Source: Candidatus Latescibacterota bacterium
GTDB taxonomy: Bacteria; Latescibacterota; UBA2968; UBA8231
Assembly (NCBI GenBank): GCA_965203175.1
Contig: OZ241867.1
Location: forward strand, 864,001 to 928,000
Direction of reading: 5' to 3'
DNA: 64,000 bases
The translations under genes and the position numbers were made by a program. The stretch's first letter is position 1. Each line of letters begins with the position of its first letter. The notes under the pieces are model-generated. The model saw nothing but the letters and a program-made list of their open reading frames with translations, had not been told where the DNA came from and searched no databases. Shown piece by piece: positions 45,029 through 54,422 of this stretch.

Positions 45029-47194
45029 TCAGTACACTAATTCGACAACTCTAACTGCGCTTTCGCCGCCTGTATCGCTGGCTAGCGTTACGCGCACTAA
45101 GTAAATGCCCGGCGGCAGCGCGTTCCCGTTCGCATCCGCGCCGTCCCAAGGCATGGCGTACGAACCGCCGCCCTGGAGGCCGGAAAATAGCTGGCGCACC
45201 CGGCGTCCGGCCAAATCGACGATGTCCACATCAACCGGGGACGGGCTGACCAAACGGCTCAGATCGTAGTACACCTGCGTCGCATCGTTGATTCCATCGC
45301 CGTTGGGGCTGAAGGGCCGGGGATCGGCCCGCACGTTGATCAGCAAGGCGCTGCCGCCGGCTAGTGGCACATCCACCGAAAGGCCCCGGTTCGTCTCCGT
45401 GCCAACCGCCACAATATCGTCGTCGCCGGGAGCCAGCGCGGCCACGTTGCCAGCGACGACCTCCTGCCCCACATCTCCCTCGTCGCTGTTGAAAGCAAAA
45501 CCGGCGAACTTGGTGCCGTAGCGCAACACGCGGCTGCGAAAGCGAATTTTGAGCTGGGCCGTCCGCCCGGTCGCCAGTTCGCTTTCGGCAATGAGGGGAA
45601 AGCGCACGCGAAAGCGGCGCGCATCGACCGACTCAATGGCAAAGCGTCCGGTCTCGTCCGTAGCTGGCAGCGCGGCAAGATCAGCCATTGAAAAATCCGC
45701 GGCCTCAACTTGGCCATCGGCGTCGATGACTTCAATGGAGTCAATGACCTCTACTCGCACCGGCGTGACGATCTCAAAACCGTCAAAGCCCGTATCTACG
45801 TCTGGCCGGATGGACGTGGGCATCACCGCATAGACGAAATCCACCGGCTTGCCCAAATCGACCTGCCGCGGAAAGATCTCTCCGAGAATCTGCGCGGCCG
45901 GCGGCGGCGAGGCCACGGTAAAGGCCAGTGGGCCGATGCCTGTGGCCGCCTCCAAATCCTCGCTGAGAAAATCGATGCGAAACTGTATGTACCGCCTCGG
46001 CCCAGGCGAGACAATCGGCACGCCCAATTGGCTATCCTCGATCTCTGCCTCGGTCAACTGGGTCCCCAGTTCGTAGGGCGAGGACCACGGGCTCCAAGCG
46101 TCTAAGTCGGCGACCACATTGCCCCGCTCGGCACCCAAGCCCTTGTAGTCGTCCGACGACAGCGAGATGGCGTTGCGCTCCTCCAGCGGCAGCGCACCAA
46201 AGAGCGCACGCGCACGCGCTAAGTCGGCTTGGTCGAGATTGACCTCGCCGTCCTCAGTCGCAACCGTGGCATTCTTTTTCCACGGCACCTCGACTTGGAC
46301 CCCCTCGAAGAAGAAGCGCCGGGTATAGACTAAAGGGGTGTCGTCCAAGCCGGTGCGGGTGCGCACGCGCGCGTTGGCGAAACCAGCCGGGCCGACGCTT
46401 TCCTCCACCCAGCGAATGGTCCCCCACAAGCCCAAATCTGGGCCGAGGTCGAATATGTTGGATATGTATTCAGCCGTGGGCACGAAGCCCGTGCCAAAGA
46501 CGCGGAACTCGGCGATTTCAAAACCGTTGCTGGTGCGCGACTGCAAGCGGATGAAGCGCACAAATTGCGGGGGAATGCTCAAATCGACTAGCGCGTCTTG
46601 GTTGGCGGCATTCAACCGAAACGAACGCCATTCCGGGCCGCCCGCGCCTTGCGTCTCCTCGCTGCCGTCGTTGAAAAACAGCTCGTAGCCGCGGATGAAG
46701 TCCTCTTGGAACGGGTCTGCGGGAAAATCCGGGTGGCCATTGCGCGGGAAGAACTGGACGCGATTGACCCCAAAGCGAGCGCCTAGGTCGAAGTCCATGG
46801 CCATGCCGCGAATGACGGCCACGTTCTTGCGCTCCAATGCCGTTTCGCCGTCGCCGTCGATCATCGTCTCTAGCTGCGACTCAATGCCCGCTTCGAGAAC
46901 CGTCGGCGAGGTGACCGAACCGCCGCGCCCGAGTATGCCGAGCGCTAGATTGGTGCCTTCGACGATGTTCTGCGGAAAAATCCAACCCTCTCGCCCCTCG
47001 GGATCGAAATCGATCACGCCGCCCGGGGTGTTGCCGCTCTCGACCGCTCTGGCCCCGGTCGGAAAAATCGCCTGTATCTGGCCGCCGCCGTCTTGCCAAG
47101 ACGATCCGCTCGCGCCGCCGATGGCAATGCTCCGCGTCTCGGCTGTGCCTTGCAGCGCCGCTAACAACATCAGCGCGATCGGCAACCAGTACAT
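45029..47194 (-). CDS. Secreted protein with discoidin-like region and C-terminal FlgD-Ig/T9SS-B-like domain
   Basis: MIDGD...DFDLG...RFIRL...EIAEFRVFG; FSPNGDGIND...DLAGRRVR...WDGAD...PGIY; start MYWLP (ATG 47194) with GGAGG RBS. Confidence 0.78.
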   Translation of the reverse strand: MYWLPIALMLLAALQGTAETRSIAIGGASGSSWQDGGGQIQAIFPTGARAVESGNTPGGVIDFDPEGREGWIFPQNIVEGTNLALGILGRGGSVTSPTVLEAGIESQLETMIDGDGETALERKNVAVIRGMAMDFDLGARFGVNRVQFFPRNGHPDFPADPFQEDFIRGYELFFNDGSEETQGAGGPEWRSFRLNAANQDALVDLSIPPQFVRFIRLQSRTSNGFEIAEFRVFGTGFVPTAEYISNIFDLGPDLGLWGTIRWVEESVGPAGFANARVRTRTGLDDTPLVYTRRFFFEGVQVEVPWKKNATVATEDGEVNLDQADLARARALFGALPLEERNAISLSSDDYKGLGAERGNVVADLDAWSPWSSPYELGTQLTEAEIEDSQLGVPIVSPGPRRYIQFRIDFLSEDLEAATGIGPLAFTVASPPPAAQILGEIFPRQVDLGKPVDFVYAVMPTSIRPDVDTGFDGFEIVTPVRVEVIDSIEVIDADGQVEAADFSMADLAALPATDETGRFAIESVDARRFRVRFPLIAESELATGRTAQLKIRFRSRVLRYGTKFAGFAFNSDEGDVGQEVVAGNVAALAPGDDDIVAVGTETNRGLSVDVPLAGGSALLINVRADPRPFSPNGDGINDATQVYYDLSRLVSPSPVDVDIVDLAGRRVRQLFSGLQGGGSYAMPWDGADANGNALPPGIYLVRVTLASDTGGESAVRVVELVY

Positions 47195-47205
47195 CGCAAC
47201 CTCCC

Positions 47206-49698
47206 TCAATACACCACGTGAACGAGGCGGTGCCGCGCGGTGCGCTCCACGCGCGAGTCGTCGTTGGGCACCACTTCTACCTCTAGCAGATACAGTCCGG
47301 GGACGACCAATACGCCGGATTGATCCTCGCACGACCAGCGCAGGGCGTACTCGCCGCTGATCAAGGGCCGCGTCTCCTGCCAGTGCCGCACCATCCGGCC
47401 GGCTAGGTCGTAAATCCGCACGTGGAGCGGCTGGGTGCCAGTCAGCTTAGTGACCGCGAATGAGAATGCCAACTCGTCGTTGATCCCATCTCCATTCGGC
47501 GTCGCGACCCCACTGCCAATGCTCAGGTCGCCCAGCACGTGGCGGCCGCCTTCTGGGCCTACCAACAGCATCCCCTGCCCGGTCGCCAACTCCGTTGCAT
47601 CCGCTGGGTCAACCCGCTGCCAAGAATCTTCAAGGGCCGAATGCCCCAACGACGCCTTGAACACGGCACCGGGCAAGTAGAGGGCGGTGGCGAATTGCAC
47701 CTCAATCAGATCGGCTGCGGACGGGGCGACGACCTCGCTCAACCGCACCCACAAAGAGTCTGGAGCAGTCGCCACTACTTCTGCTGAGGCCACTAGTTCC
47801 GCACTGTCCCATTGGGCTTCGCGCCCCAGCCGCAGGCCCCGGAACTCCAGTGCCATGTTATCCGGTGCCCTTATCTGCACCTCGTCAAACCCCGCGCTCT
47901 GCGCAGCGAAACGCGGTTTGATGAAAAGCGAGAGCTCCTGCTCCTTGCCCAACGCGCCTACGACGCCGGGTTCGATCTCGCCTAAGAGCTGCCTAGCCAG
48001 CGGCTCGACGAAGTTGAGCCGAATGGAGCGCAGCTCGGCCGCGCGGTGTGGGTCGTCCGAGACCAAGCGGGCCTTGAGTTCCAGAAATTGGCGCGGGCTC
48101 GGAGAAGTAATCGCCGCGCCCGACGTCTCGTAGGGCAAGCTCCACGCGCTCCAGTCGCCTCCGGGGACTTCCGTCGTGTCGACCGGCCCCTTGCTGAAAA
48201 AGCCCAAGCCAGCGTATGCCTCGGCCGACACTTCGGCACCGCCGCTGTTGAAATAGCGATACTCTTCGACCAGCTCGCTGCCCGTGCGCGTCTGAATTTC
48301 GATAAAAGTTCCTAAATCGGCATCTCCATCCCACTCAACCGAGACCAAGTTTTTCGAGCCGCCCAAGCGGATGAGCGGCGAAACCAACTCGACTTCCGGC
48401 TGGAAACCCTCGCCGTAGAACTGCACTTCGCGCGGCTTGAACTGACCGCCTCCCCAGAACAAAATCCGCGCATAGCGCGTCCGCGTCGGCGCGAACGTAT
48501 CCACGTCGTACACGTCTCCGGTATAGTGGCCAGACGTGGCGCGGTTGCGCCGCGCGGCCTGCGTCGTCCACACCAGCGAGCCGTCCGCAGCTAGCGAGCC
48601 GTCCGAAGTCTGCAAGTCGTAATTGGGAAAGCGGCTGCGCTGGCGGTCGTAGTAAATCTGGTGCCGGTCGATCCAGAAGGAAGATCCTAAATCGAAGAAT
48701 AACTCCCGTATCTCGTCGGTGCTGGTAAAGGCCAAGGACGTCTCGAAGATGCCGTCGAAGAAGGCCGTCGCGGGCGCGTTGTCCAAGAAGGTGAGCAGCG
48801 CGACGCCTCTGCGCTCCACCAAGCCCAGCGAGATGTTTTCCCCGAGCGTCTGAACCTCCAGTTCGGCCAGCCGCGGCCGCTCGCGGCGATAGCGGCGGAT
48901 CTCACCGCGCAACGCAGAGTCAACCACCTCGTACGTGGCCTCGCTCACCTGCACTTGGCCCGCGCCGGCCTTTTTGTAAAAATCCACTGCGCCTTGATCC
49001 GCAGCCGCTAGCTGGTCGTATTGTTCAGCCGACACCTCGGCGGCTCGCGTGCTATCCGTGTCGGTGATCGTCAGGCGCACGAAGCGGATGTAGTCGCTCA
49101 CCATGCGCCCTTCTCTGTCAAGGCGCGAGGGGCTCAGCTCGATTTCAAATTCTCGCTGATCCTTGTTCGACTTCAAGGTGCGGAAGACTTGGTTGAATCT
49201 GCGCTGGCCTTTGGTAACCTCGGCTCCGTCCGAGGTCAAAACCACGAATTGCAGGAAGGGGTCGCCTATATCCTCGCCGACGAATGTAAGTCGGATATGG
49301 GTGGCCGCCACCAGCCGCCCCAAATCGACCTCAAACCACCATTGGCGCAATGGACTTGCCGGATCGGGTTCCCAATAGGTGCTCAAGTCCCCGTCGAAAA
49401 GGTGGGCCAGATCTGCGGCCCGAGTGCCCGCACTGAGGGCGTCGCGCAGGGTCGCGTCGTCCGATCCCGTGCCGCGCTTGATAAACGCCGCGATGTCCGA
49501 CGTTGCCAGTGTGTTCTTGGGCACAAAGTGGGGACGCACGACCCCGGTCTCGTCGATGTCGAGCGTACCGCCGGGAAAAGTCCACTGCTGCCAGTGCGCC
49601 TGCCGATCGACGACGACCTTGTTCTCGGCGATGGTATGGCCCTGTCCCCAGGCGGCGACAACCCCCAACACACTCAGTAACAACGCAGCATTCAACAT
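47206..49698 (-). CDS. Secreted protein with two discoidin-like regions and C-terminal FlgD-Ig/T9SS-B-like domain
   Basis: LFDGDLSTYW...EVDLG; FFDGIFET...FFDLG; TPNGDGIND...YDLAGRMVR...PGLY. Confidence 0.78.
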   Translation of the reverse strand: MLNAALLLSVLGVVAAWGQGHTIAENKVVVDRQAHWQQWTFPGGTLDIDETGVVRPHFVPKNTLATSDIAAFIKRGTGSDDATLRDALSAGTRAADLAHLFDGDLSTYWEPDPASPLRQWWFEVDLGRLVAATHIRLTFVGEDIGDPFLQFVVLTSDGAEVTKGQRRFNQVFRTLKSNKDQREFEIELSPSRLDREGRMVSDYIRFVRLTITDTDSTRAAEVSAEQYDQLAAADQGAVDFYKKAGAGQVQVSEATYEVVDSALRGEIRRYRRERPRLAELEVQTLGENISLGLVERRGVALLTFLDNAPATAFFDGIFETSLAFTSTDEIRELFFDLGSSFWIDRHQIYYDRQRSRFPNYDLQTSDGSLAADGSLVWTTQAARRNRATSGHYTGDVYDVDTFAPTRTRYARILFWGGGQFKPREVQFYGEGFQPEVELVSPLIRLGGSKNLVSVEWDGDADLGTFIEIQTRTGSELVEEYRYFNSGGAEVSAEAYAGLGFFSKGPVDTTEVPGGDWSAWSLPYETSGAAITSPSPRQFLELKARLVSDDPHRAAELRSIRLNFVEPLARQLLGEIEPGVVGALGKEQELSLFIKPRFAAQSAGFDEVQIRAPDNMALEFRGLRLGREAQWDSAELVASAEVVATAPDSLWVRLSEVVAPSAADLIEVQFATALYLPGAVFKASLGHSALEDSWQRVDPADATELATGQGMLLVGPEGGRHVLGDLSIGSGVATPNGDGINDELAFSFAVTKLTGTQPLHVRIYDLAGRMVRHWQETRPLISGEYALRWSCEDQSGVLVVPGLYLLEVEVVPNDDSRVERTARHRLVHVVY

Positions 49699-49710
49699 GG
49701 CCCCTGCTCC

Positions 49711-51660
49711 TCAATAGGCGACGGCAATGGGCCGCATTTGCACTTGGCGCTTCCCACCGCTCTCGACCTCGACTTGGCAGATGTACAGACCGGGGGCCAC
49801 CTGCTGGCCGGCCTCGTCTCGCCCGTCCCACTGATGCGGATGCCGTCCCGCGACATCGACGTCTGCGTACACGCGCCGCACTAAGCGGCCGCTCAAATCC
49901 CGCACCAGCACCTCCACCGGCACCGGCTCGGTCACCTTGAGCAGTTCGTAGGCGATCTCCACTTGGTCGTTGATCTGGTCGCCGTTGGGCGTAAACGCCT
50001 CGGTGCTCAGAGACACAGCTCCTAAGACCTTATTGTCTAGGGTCATCGCCTGCACCAAAAGTTGGTTGCCATCTACCAGCTCGTTGGCCTCGCCAGCGGC
50101 CACGATCTGCCCGATCTCCCCCGGCGCTGTACTGTCGATCACCCGGCCTTCAAAAATTGCACCAAAGCGGAAAATTTCCGCGCGCACATCCACTTCGAGT
50201 AGCTCGCCACTGCGCTCGACATCCAACCGTGGGAAACCCAAAACTACGCCGGCCTCCTCGGCCACGGCGCTGAAATCCGCCACGGATTCACCACTGAGGC
50301 GCACGGCCTCTACGTCGACGATCCGGCCGCCGACCAAGCGCAGGTCCAACCCGTCAAACCCTTGGTCGCCGGGTTCAATCGTCGGGCGCACTGCATAGGT
50401 AAACGTGCGTTCCTCAGCCACTGCCGCTTGCCAAGGATCGATCTCGCCGACTAAGCCGGTCACCAAGCGCGGGGAAACGGCGAATTCGAGATAGCCGAGC
50501 TGGCCGCCGGCTTGGCCGAAGGAGCTGAATGCTATCCTGAACTGCACGTAGCGGTGGGAGCGCGTCGCCCGCAGCGCCACGCCCGCGCTGTCGGCGAATT
50601 CGTACGGCGACGACCACAGCTCCCATTGGGCGGTGTCGTCGGTGATGGCTCCGCGCATGATCGGCCCCAAGCGGCCATAGGTTTTGCGGGTCAGCAGCTT
50701 GCCGTCCTCGCCGAAGGGCACCTGTTCGTCGCCCCGGAAGGTATTGCGCCAGTACACCAGCGGCGTCTCGTCGCCGCCAGCGCGGGAGCGGATCTCCACT
50801 TGCGCCCCTTCGTCCTGCCGCCCTCCCCAGCGCACCCAGCCCAAATTGGCGAATTCGCCTATATCGAGAACATTGGACTGGTACGAGGCCGAGCCTTGGA
50901 AACCGCCGCCGTACACCTCCAACTCAGCTAGGTCCCATATCTTATCTTGGGGCATCACGTGAATCATCAAATAGCGGATCGGCGTTCCGTCTAGCTCGAT
51001 GTCGAGCTGCGGATTTTTGTTTTCCAAAATTTCCGCGACCACCTTTAGCTCAATGCCCTTCTTGCTGTCGGCCTCTCTCAGCGACCGATTGAGCGCACTC
51101 GCTCCAACGAATTCAATCTGATCAACGCCGCCCCCGGCATCGGTCTGCGCGGCGACGATGACGTGGGCGACAGAGCGTTCGCTGCCCACCTTTGGGACGA
51201 AGCGGACCAACCGCGTCGCAAAGTCGCCGCCGAGATCAAAAAAAAGAGCCGTGCCGCGGAAGGTATGGGCGTGTTCCCGCGGACGGGTCTCCAAGAAAAA
51301 CGTCTCCAGGTCCCCGTCGATCACCAAGCTCAGTTCGTCGCCGACATCTTCAAAACCATTGTACGCGCCGTGCTGAAAATTGCCGCTGACCCCGCTCAGG
51401 GTCGTCGCCATATTATCGCTCTCGTTGTAGAAAAACGGCGTGATCTGCTCGGTGAGCGCGAGCCCAAAGCTCTCGCCGCCTAAGTTCTTGTCTAAGTCGG
51501 CCCAGCTCAACTGGCGAAATTCAGCACCGGCGTCCACCTCAGCCGGAGGCGGCAGACTCTCGCCGCCGATGCGATAGACGACCAAGGCCGCGCTCGGCTG
51601 GACGCCGAGCAAAGCCAACAGGGCCGCGACGAGCCATGTCGTGCGCTGCAATTTTTTCAC
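49711..51660 (-). CDS. Secreted protein with discoidin-like region and C-terminal FlgD-Ig/T9SS-B-like domain
   Basis: Signal peptide; VIDGDLET...FFDLGG; FTPNGDQIND...DLSGRLVR...WDGRD...PGLY; GTG start with GGAGG RBS. Confidence 0.78.
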   Translation of the reverse strand: MKKLQRTTWLVAALLALLGVQPSAALVVYRIGGESLPPPAEVDAGAEFRQLSWADLDKNLGGESFGLALTEQITPFFYNESDNMATTLSGVSGNFQHGAYNGFEDVGDELSLVIDGDLETFFLETRPREHAHTFRGTALFFDLGGDFATRLVRFVPKVGSERSVAHVIVAAQTDAGGGVDQIEFVGASALNRSLREADSKKGIELKVVAEILENKNPQLDIELDGTPIRYLMIHVMPQDKIWDLAELEVYGGGFQGSASYQSNVLDIGEFANLGWVRWGGRQDEGAQVEIRSRAGGDETPLVYWRNTFRGDEQVPFGEDGKLLTRKTYGRLGPIMRGAITDDTAQWELWSSPYEFADSAGVALRATRSHRYVQFRIAFSSFGQAGGQLGYLEFAVSPRLVTGLVGEIDPWQAAVAEERTFTYAVRPTIEPGDQGFDGLDLRLVGGRIVDVEAVRLSGESVADFSAVAEEAGVVLGFPRLDVERSGELLEVDVRAEIFRFGAIFEGRVIDSTAPGEIGQIVAAGEANELVDGNQLLVQAMTLDNKVLGAVSLSTEAFTPNGDQINDQVEIAYELLKVTEPVPVEVLVRDLSGRLVRRVYADVDVAGRHPHQWDGRDEAGQQVAPGLYICQVEVESGGKRQVQMRPIAVAY

Positions 51661-51675
51661 AATGGCACCTCCAAG

Positions 51676-51715
51676 AAGAAGAGGGGATGGGACTAGCCCA
51701 TCCCCCCTCGTTCTT
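51676..51715 (-). terminator. GC-rich intra-operon hairpin (terminator/attenuator or mRNA-stabilising stem)
   Basis: GGGGATGGG (51683-51691) / CCCATCCCC (51697-51705), extendable with AAGAA/TTCTT. Confidence 0.6.
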
Positions 51716-51735
51716 GCATCCTAAATACTGCCCGC

Positions 51736-52680
51736 TTACTGGACGAAAGCAGACTTGATGCGACCCCAGCTATTCTCCTCGACCGCAGTCTCGATCGCGC
51801 TAAAATCGACGCGCGGATCAAGGGGTGCCAGCAGGAAATCCGTGGCCGAAGCCGTGGTTTTCCACACGTCGCTGGCGCCCGACAGAGACCACTGGCCAGA
51901 GTGCTCGGCATCCTGGCCGACGCCGCCGTCAGCACCGGCTACATCGCTGTCGAAGACCGCCCAGCCCAAGCCGGTGATCTCGCCCTCGTTGTAGTCGTGG
52001 ATGACGCTGCCTTCCGGGTCGTTGAAGAGAAAATCATCCCAGGCTTGGCGTCGCACCTCGATAAAGGCCGTGGCCTCGCCACCGCCGATTTCGCCGTCCA
52101 AGCGGAAGCCGTGGTCAGCGTAGGGCAGCTCGTCGTGCCACTGCGCTTGGGTCATCCAAAACCACGACCAGCTCTCCTGGCCGTCGGGGCCGAGATTCGG
52201 GAAGCGGGTGTGGTAGGACTGCGACCAGCGGCCTTGGGCCAAGGCGCGCTCTTCCTCGTTCTCTATGTCGGCAGTGCCGAAGCGCATCTGATCGCCGCTG
52301 TGGTCGCCATCGACGTGCATTTCCCAGCTATCGTCGCCGCCGGCCACGCCGCCTTGGGCGTCGCGATCGTAGAAGTCGTCAAAGCGCTCCATCATGAAAT
52401 AGAGACTGTTGGTCGATTCGCTCCAGCCGACGATAGTGCGGAAGTTCAAATCGCCGAACTCGGCCGGCTTTTCGCCATTGAACGCGGTGTGATCGGCAAA
52501 GGTAATCAAGTAGTCCTCGGGGACGATCGACCATTCGGACAGATCGCCGTCCAGCGTGGGCTCAAGGCCCGCCGGCCACTGGAAAGCCGTGCGCACAGCG
52601 CCCTCGGGCACGTGCGCCGTAGCCGGAGCAACGACGGCCACGCACAGGGCCAGTGCGAAGAAAACAGTGATTTTTTTCAA
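51736..52680 (-). CDS. Secreted CBM9/DOMON-like sugar-binding protein with C-terminal SWGRIK motif
   Basis: Signal peptide ending ATA; PTLDGDLSEW, VGWS, DDSWEMHVDGDHSG, FDSD; ends TAVEENSWGRIKSAF; TTG start spaced correctly from AAGGAGG. Confidence 0.7.
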   Translation of the reverse strand: MKKITVFFALALCVAVVAPATAHVPEGAVRTAFQWPAGLEPTLDGDLSEWSIVPEDYLITFADHTAFNGEKPAEFGDLNFRTIVGWSESTNSLYFMMERFDDFYDRDAQGGVAGGDDSWEMHVDGDHSGDQMRFGTADIENEEERALAQGRWSQSYHTRFPNLGPDGQESWSWFWMTQAQWHDELPYADHGFRLDGEIGGGEATAFIEVRRQAWDDFLFNDPEGSVIHDYNEGEITGLGWAVFDSDVAGADGGVGQDAEHSGQWSLSGASDVWKTTASATDFLLAPLDPRVDFSAIETAVEENSWGRIKSAFVQ

Positions 52681-52806
52681 AATCATCCTCCTTGGTTTTA
52701 GGATAACGCCCGCTACAGTGGGGCATATTAGGAGCTTATTATAAAACAAACGCTTCCGTTTTACTACTCTTAATCTTCGGCAATGACCTCCTTTCTCGGT
52801 TGTAAC

Positions 52807-54330
52807 CTATTGGGGTGTTTGCAAACGCTCAATGCGGCTCTGAGCCGCCGCCAGTACCTTCTCATCGCCGCGCCAGTGCCGGACAAAGGCCCCGTACGCG
52901 AGGCGCGCCGCCGCGGCCTCGCCCTGTTTTTCGTAGGCTTGTCCCAGCGCGTAGTGGGAGCGCGCATGCGTGGAATCGCGCCGCACGACCTCCTCGAACT
53001 GGGCGATGGCCTCCGCCAAGGACTCGCGCCGGGCCAAGGCCATGCCCAATCCGTAGTACGCGTCGCGCAGCTCAGCGTCGCAGGCAAGGGCGGCCCGATA
53101 GGCGCTGATGGCTTTTTCCAAGTCGCCCTGCAGGGCATAGACATTGCCCAAGGCATTGTGCGCCTTGGCGTAGCAGGCGTCGATGTCCAAGGCGCGGGAA
53201 AACGCGGCCTCGGCCTCGGCCCAACGCTGCTTTTGCGCGTGGGCAAAGCCCATGGTAAAGTGCGCTTCGGGCGCACGTCGACCACGCGGCTCGTGCGCCG
53301 CAATTTTGCCGGCCAAGTGCGCGGCGCGTTCGACATCGCCCTGCCGCAGGTGGATTTGCACCACCGCGGCCAGCGCGTCAACGTGCTCGGGCTCGCGGCT
53401 GAGCACTTCCTTATACGTGCTCAGCGCGTCGGCGTATTGCCCCAGGCGCATCTGCGCTCGGCCCAGCGCCAACCGCGCCTCCACATCGCCGGGCTCCCTC
53501 TCCAACACCTTTTCCAAGGTCTCTTCCCGCTCTGACAAGTCGAGCAAACCCTCTAGGCGCGCGAGCATGGCTTCGGCTTCGTCGTAGCGGCCTTGGGCCG
53601 AGTACAAATTCGCCAAGTCGTGGTACGCCTCGCCGTAGTTGGCGTCGAGCGCCACGGCCCGGTTGAGCGCCTGCGCTGCTTCGTCGTAGCGCTTCTCGTT
53701 CAGGTAGAGCCGTCCCATGTCCCGCCAGATCTCTTTGCGCTTTGGTGCCAACTCGGCCGCTTCTAGCAAAACCTCTTCCGCGCGCGCATTGCGGCCCTGC
53801 TGGCTATAGAGCAACGCTAGGGCTTGCCGCGCTTCCACGTCTTTTGGCGCGATGTAAAGCGCCCTCAGTAGGGCCTCTTCGGCGCGCTCGTATTGCCCTT
53901 GCTCCTTGTGCAAGAAGGCCAACAAGCGATACGAGCTAGGCGATTGAGGATCAAAGCGCAGCGCGGTTTCCGCCGCCTCTACGGCCTGCGGATAGCGGCC
54001 TGCTTCGAGGTGGGCGATAGCCAAGTTGTGATAGGAGGGAATATACGTCGAATCCAGCGCAATGGCTCGCGCAAAGTGCTCGGCCGCCGCCGTACTCTTG
54101 CGCTGCAAATGCGCCAAGCCTAGGTAAAAGTGCGCGTCGCGGGACAGCGAATCGCGACTCACGGCCTCTTGGTACACGGCCGCGGCTTGGTCGTACTGCC
54201 CCTGATCCAAATAGGCCCTCCCCACCGCGAGCAGTGAATCGTCTGCTGACGGCTCTTGCCGCACTTCGCCGCATCCCCCGATTGAGAGGAGGACGAGAAA
54301 GGCGATGCGATCTACGGGCGAGCGGGACAT
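52807..54330 (-). CDS. Tetratricopeptide-repeat lipoprotein
   Basis: Lipobox LSIGGC; many TPR units (AHFYLGLAH, AHNALGNVY, AYYGLGMAL). Confidence 0.9.
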   Translation of the reverse strand: MSRSPVDRIAFLVLLSIGGCGEVRQEPSADDSLLAVGRAYLDQGQYDQAAAVYQEAVSRDSLSRDAHFYLGLAHLQRKSTAAAEHFARAIALDSTYIPSYHNLAIAHLEAGRYPQAVEAAETALRFDPQSPSSYRLLAFLHKEQGQYERAEEALLRALYIAPKDVEARQALALLYSQQGRNARAEEVLLEAAELAPKRKEIWRDMGRLYLNEKRYDEAAQALNRAVALDANYGEAYHDLANLYSAQGRYDEAEAMLARLEGLLDLSEREETLEKVLEREPGDVEARLALGRAQMRLGQYADALSTYKEVLSREPEHVDALAAVVQIHLRQGDVERAAHLAGKIAAHEPRGRRAPEAHFTMGFAHAQKQRWAEAEAAFSRALDIDACYAKAHNALGNVYALQGDLEKAISAYRAALACDAELRDAYYGLGMALARRESLAEAIAQFEEVVRRDSTHARSHYALGQAYEKQGEAAAARLAYGAFVRHWRGDEKVLAAAQSRIERLQTPQ

Positions 54331-54422
54331 ATCGTAGATTCTCTCCGGAACCAGAACGGCGACTAAAAATGTTGCAAGTGCTTGTTGTTAAAGTAATATA
54401 GATTAAAATTTGAATATACAAT

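Noticed and set aside
45029-51660. Flagellar gene cluster suggested by FlgD-like domains
   Set aside because: Only the C-terminal Ig-like domain is shared; the proteins have Sec signals and no flagellar genes are present
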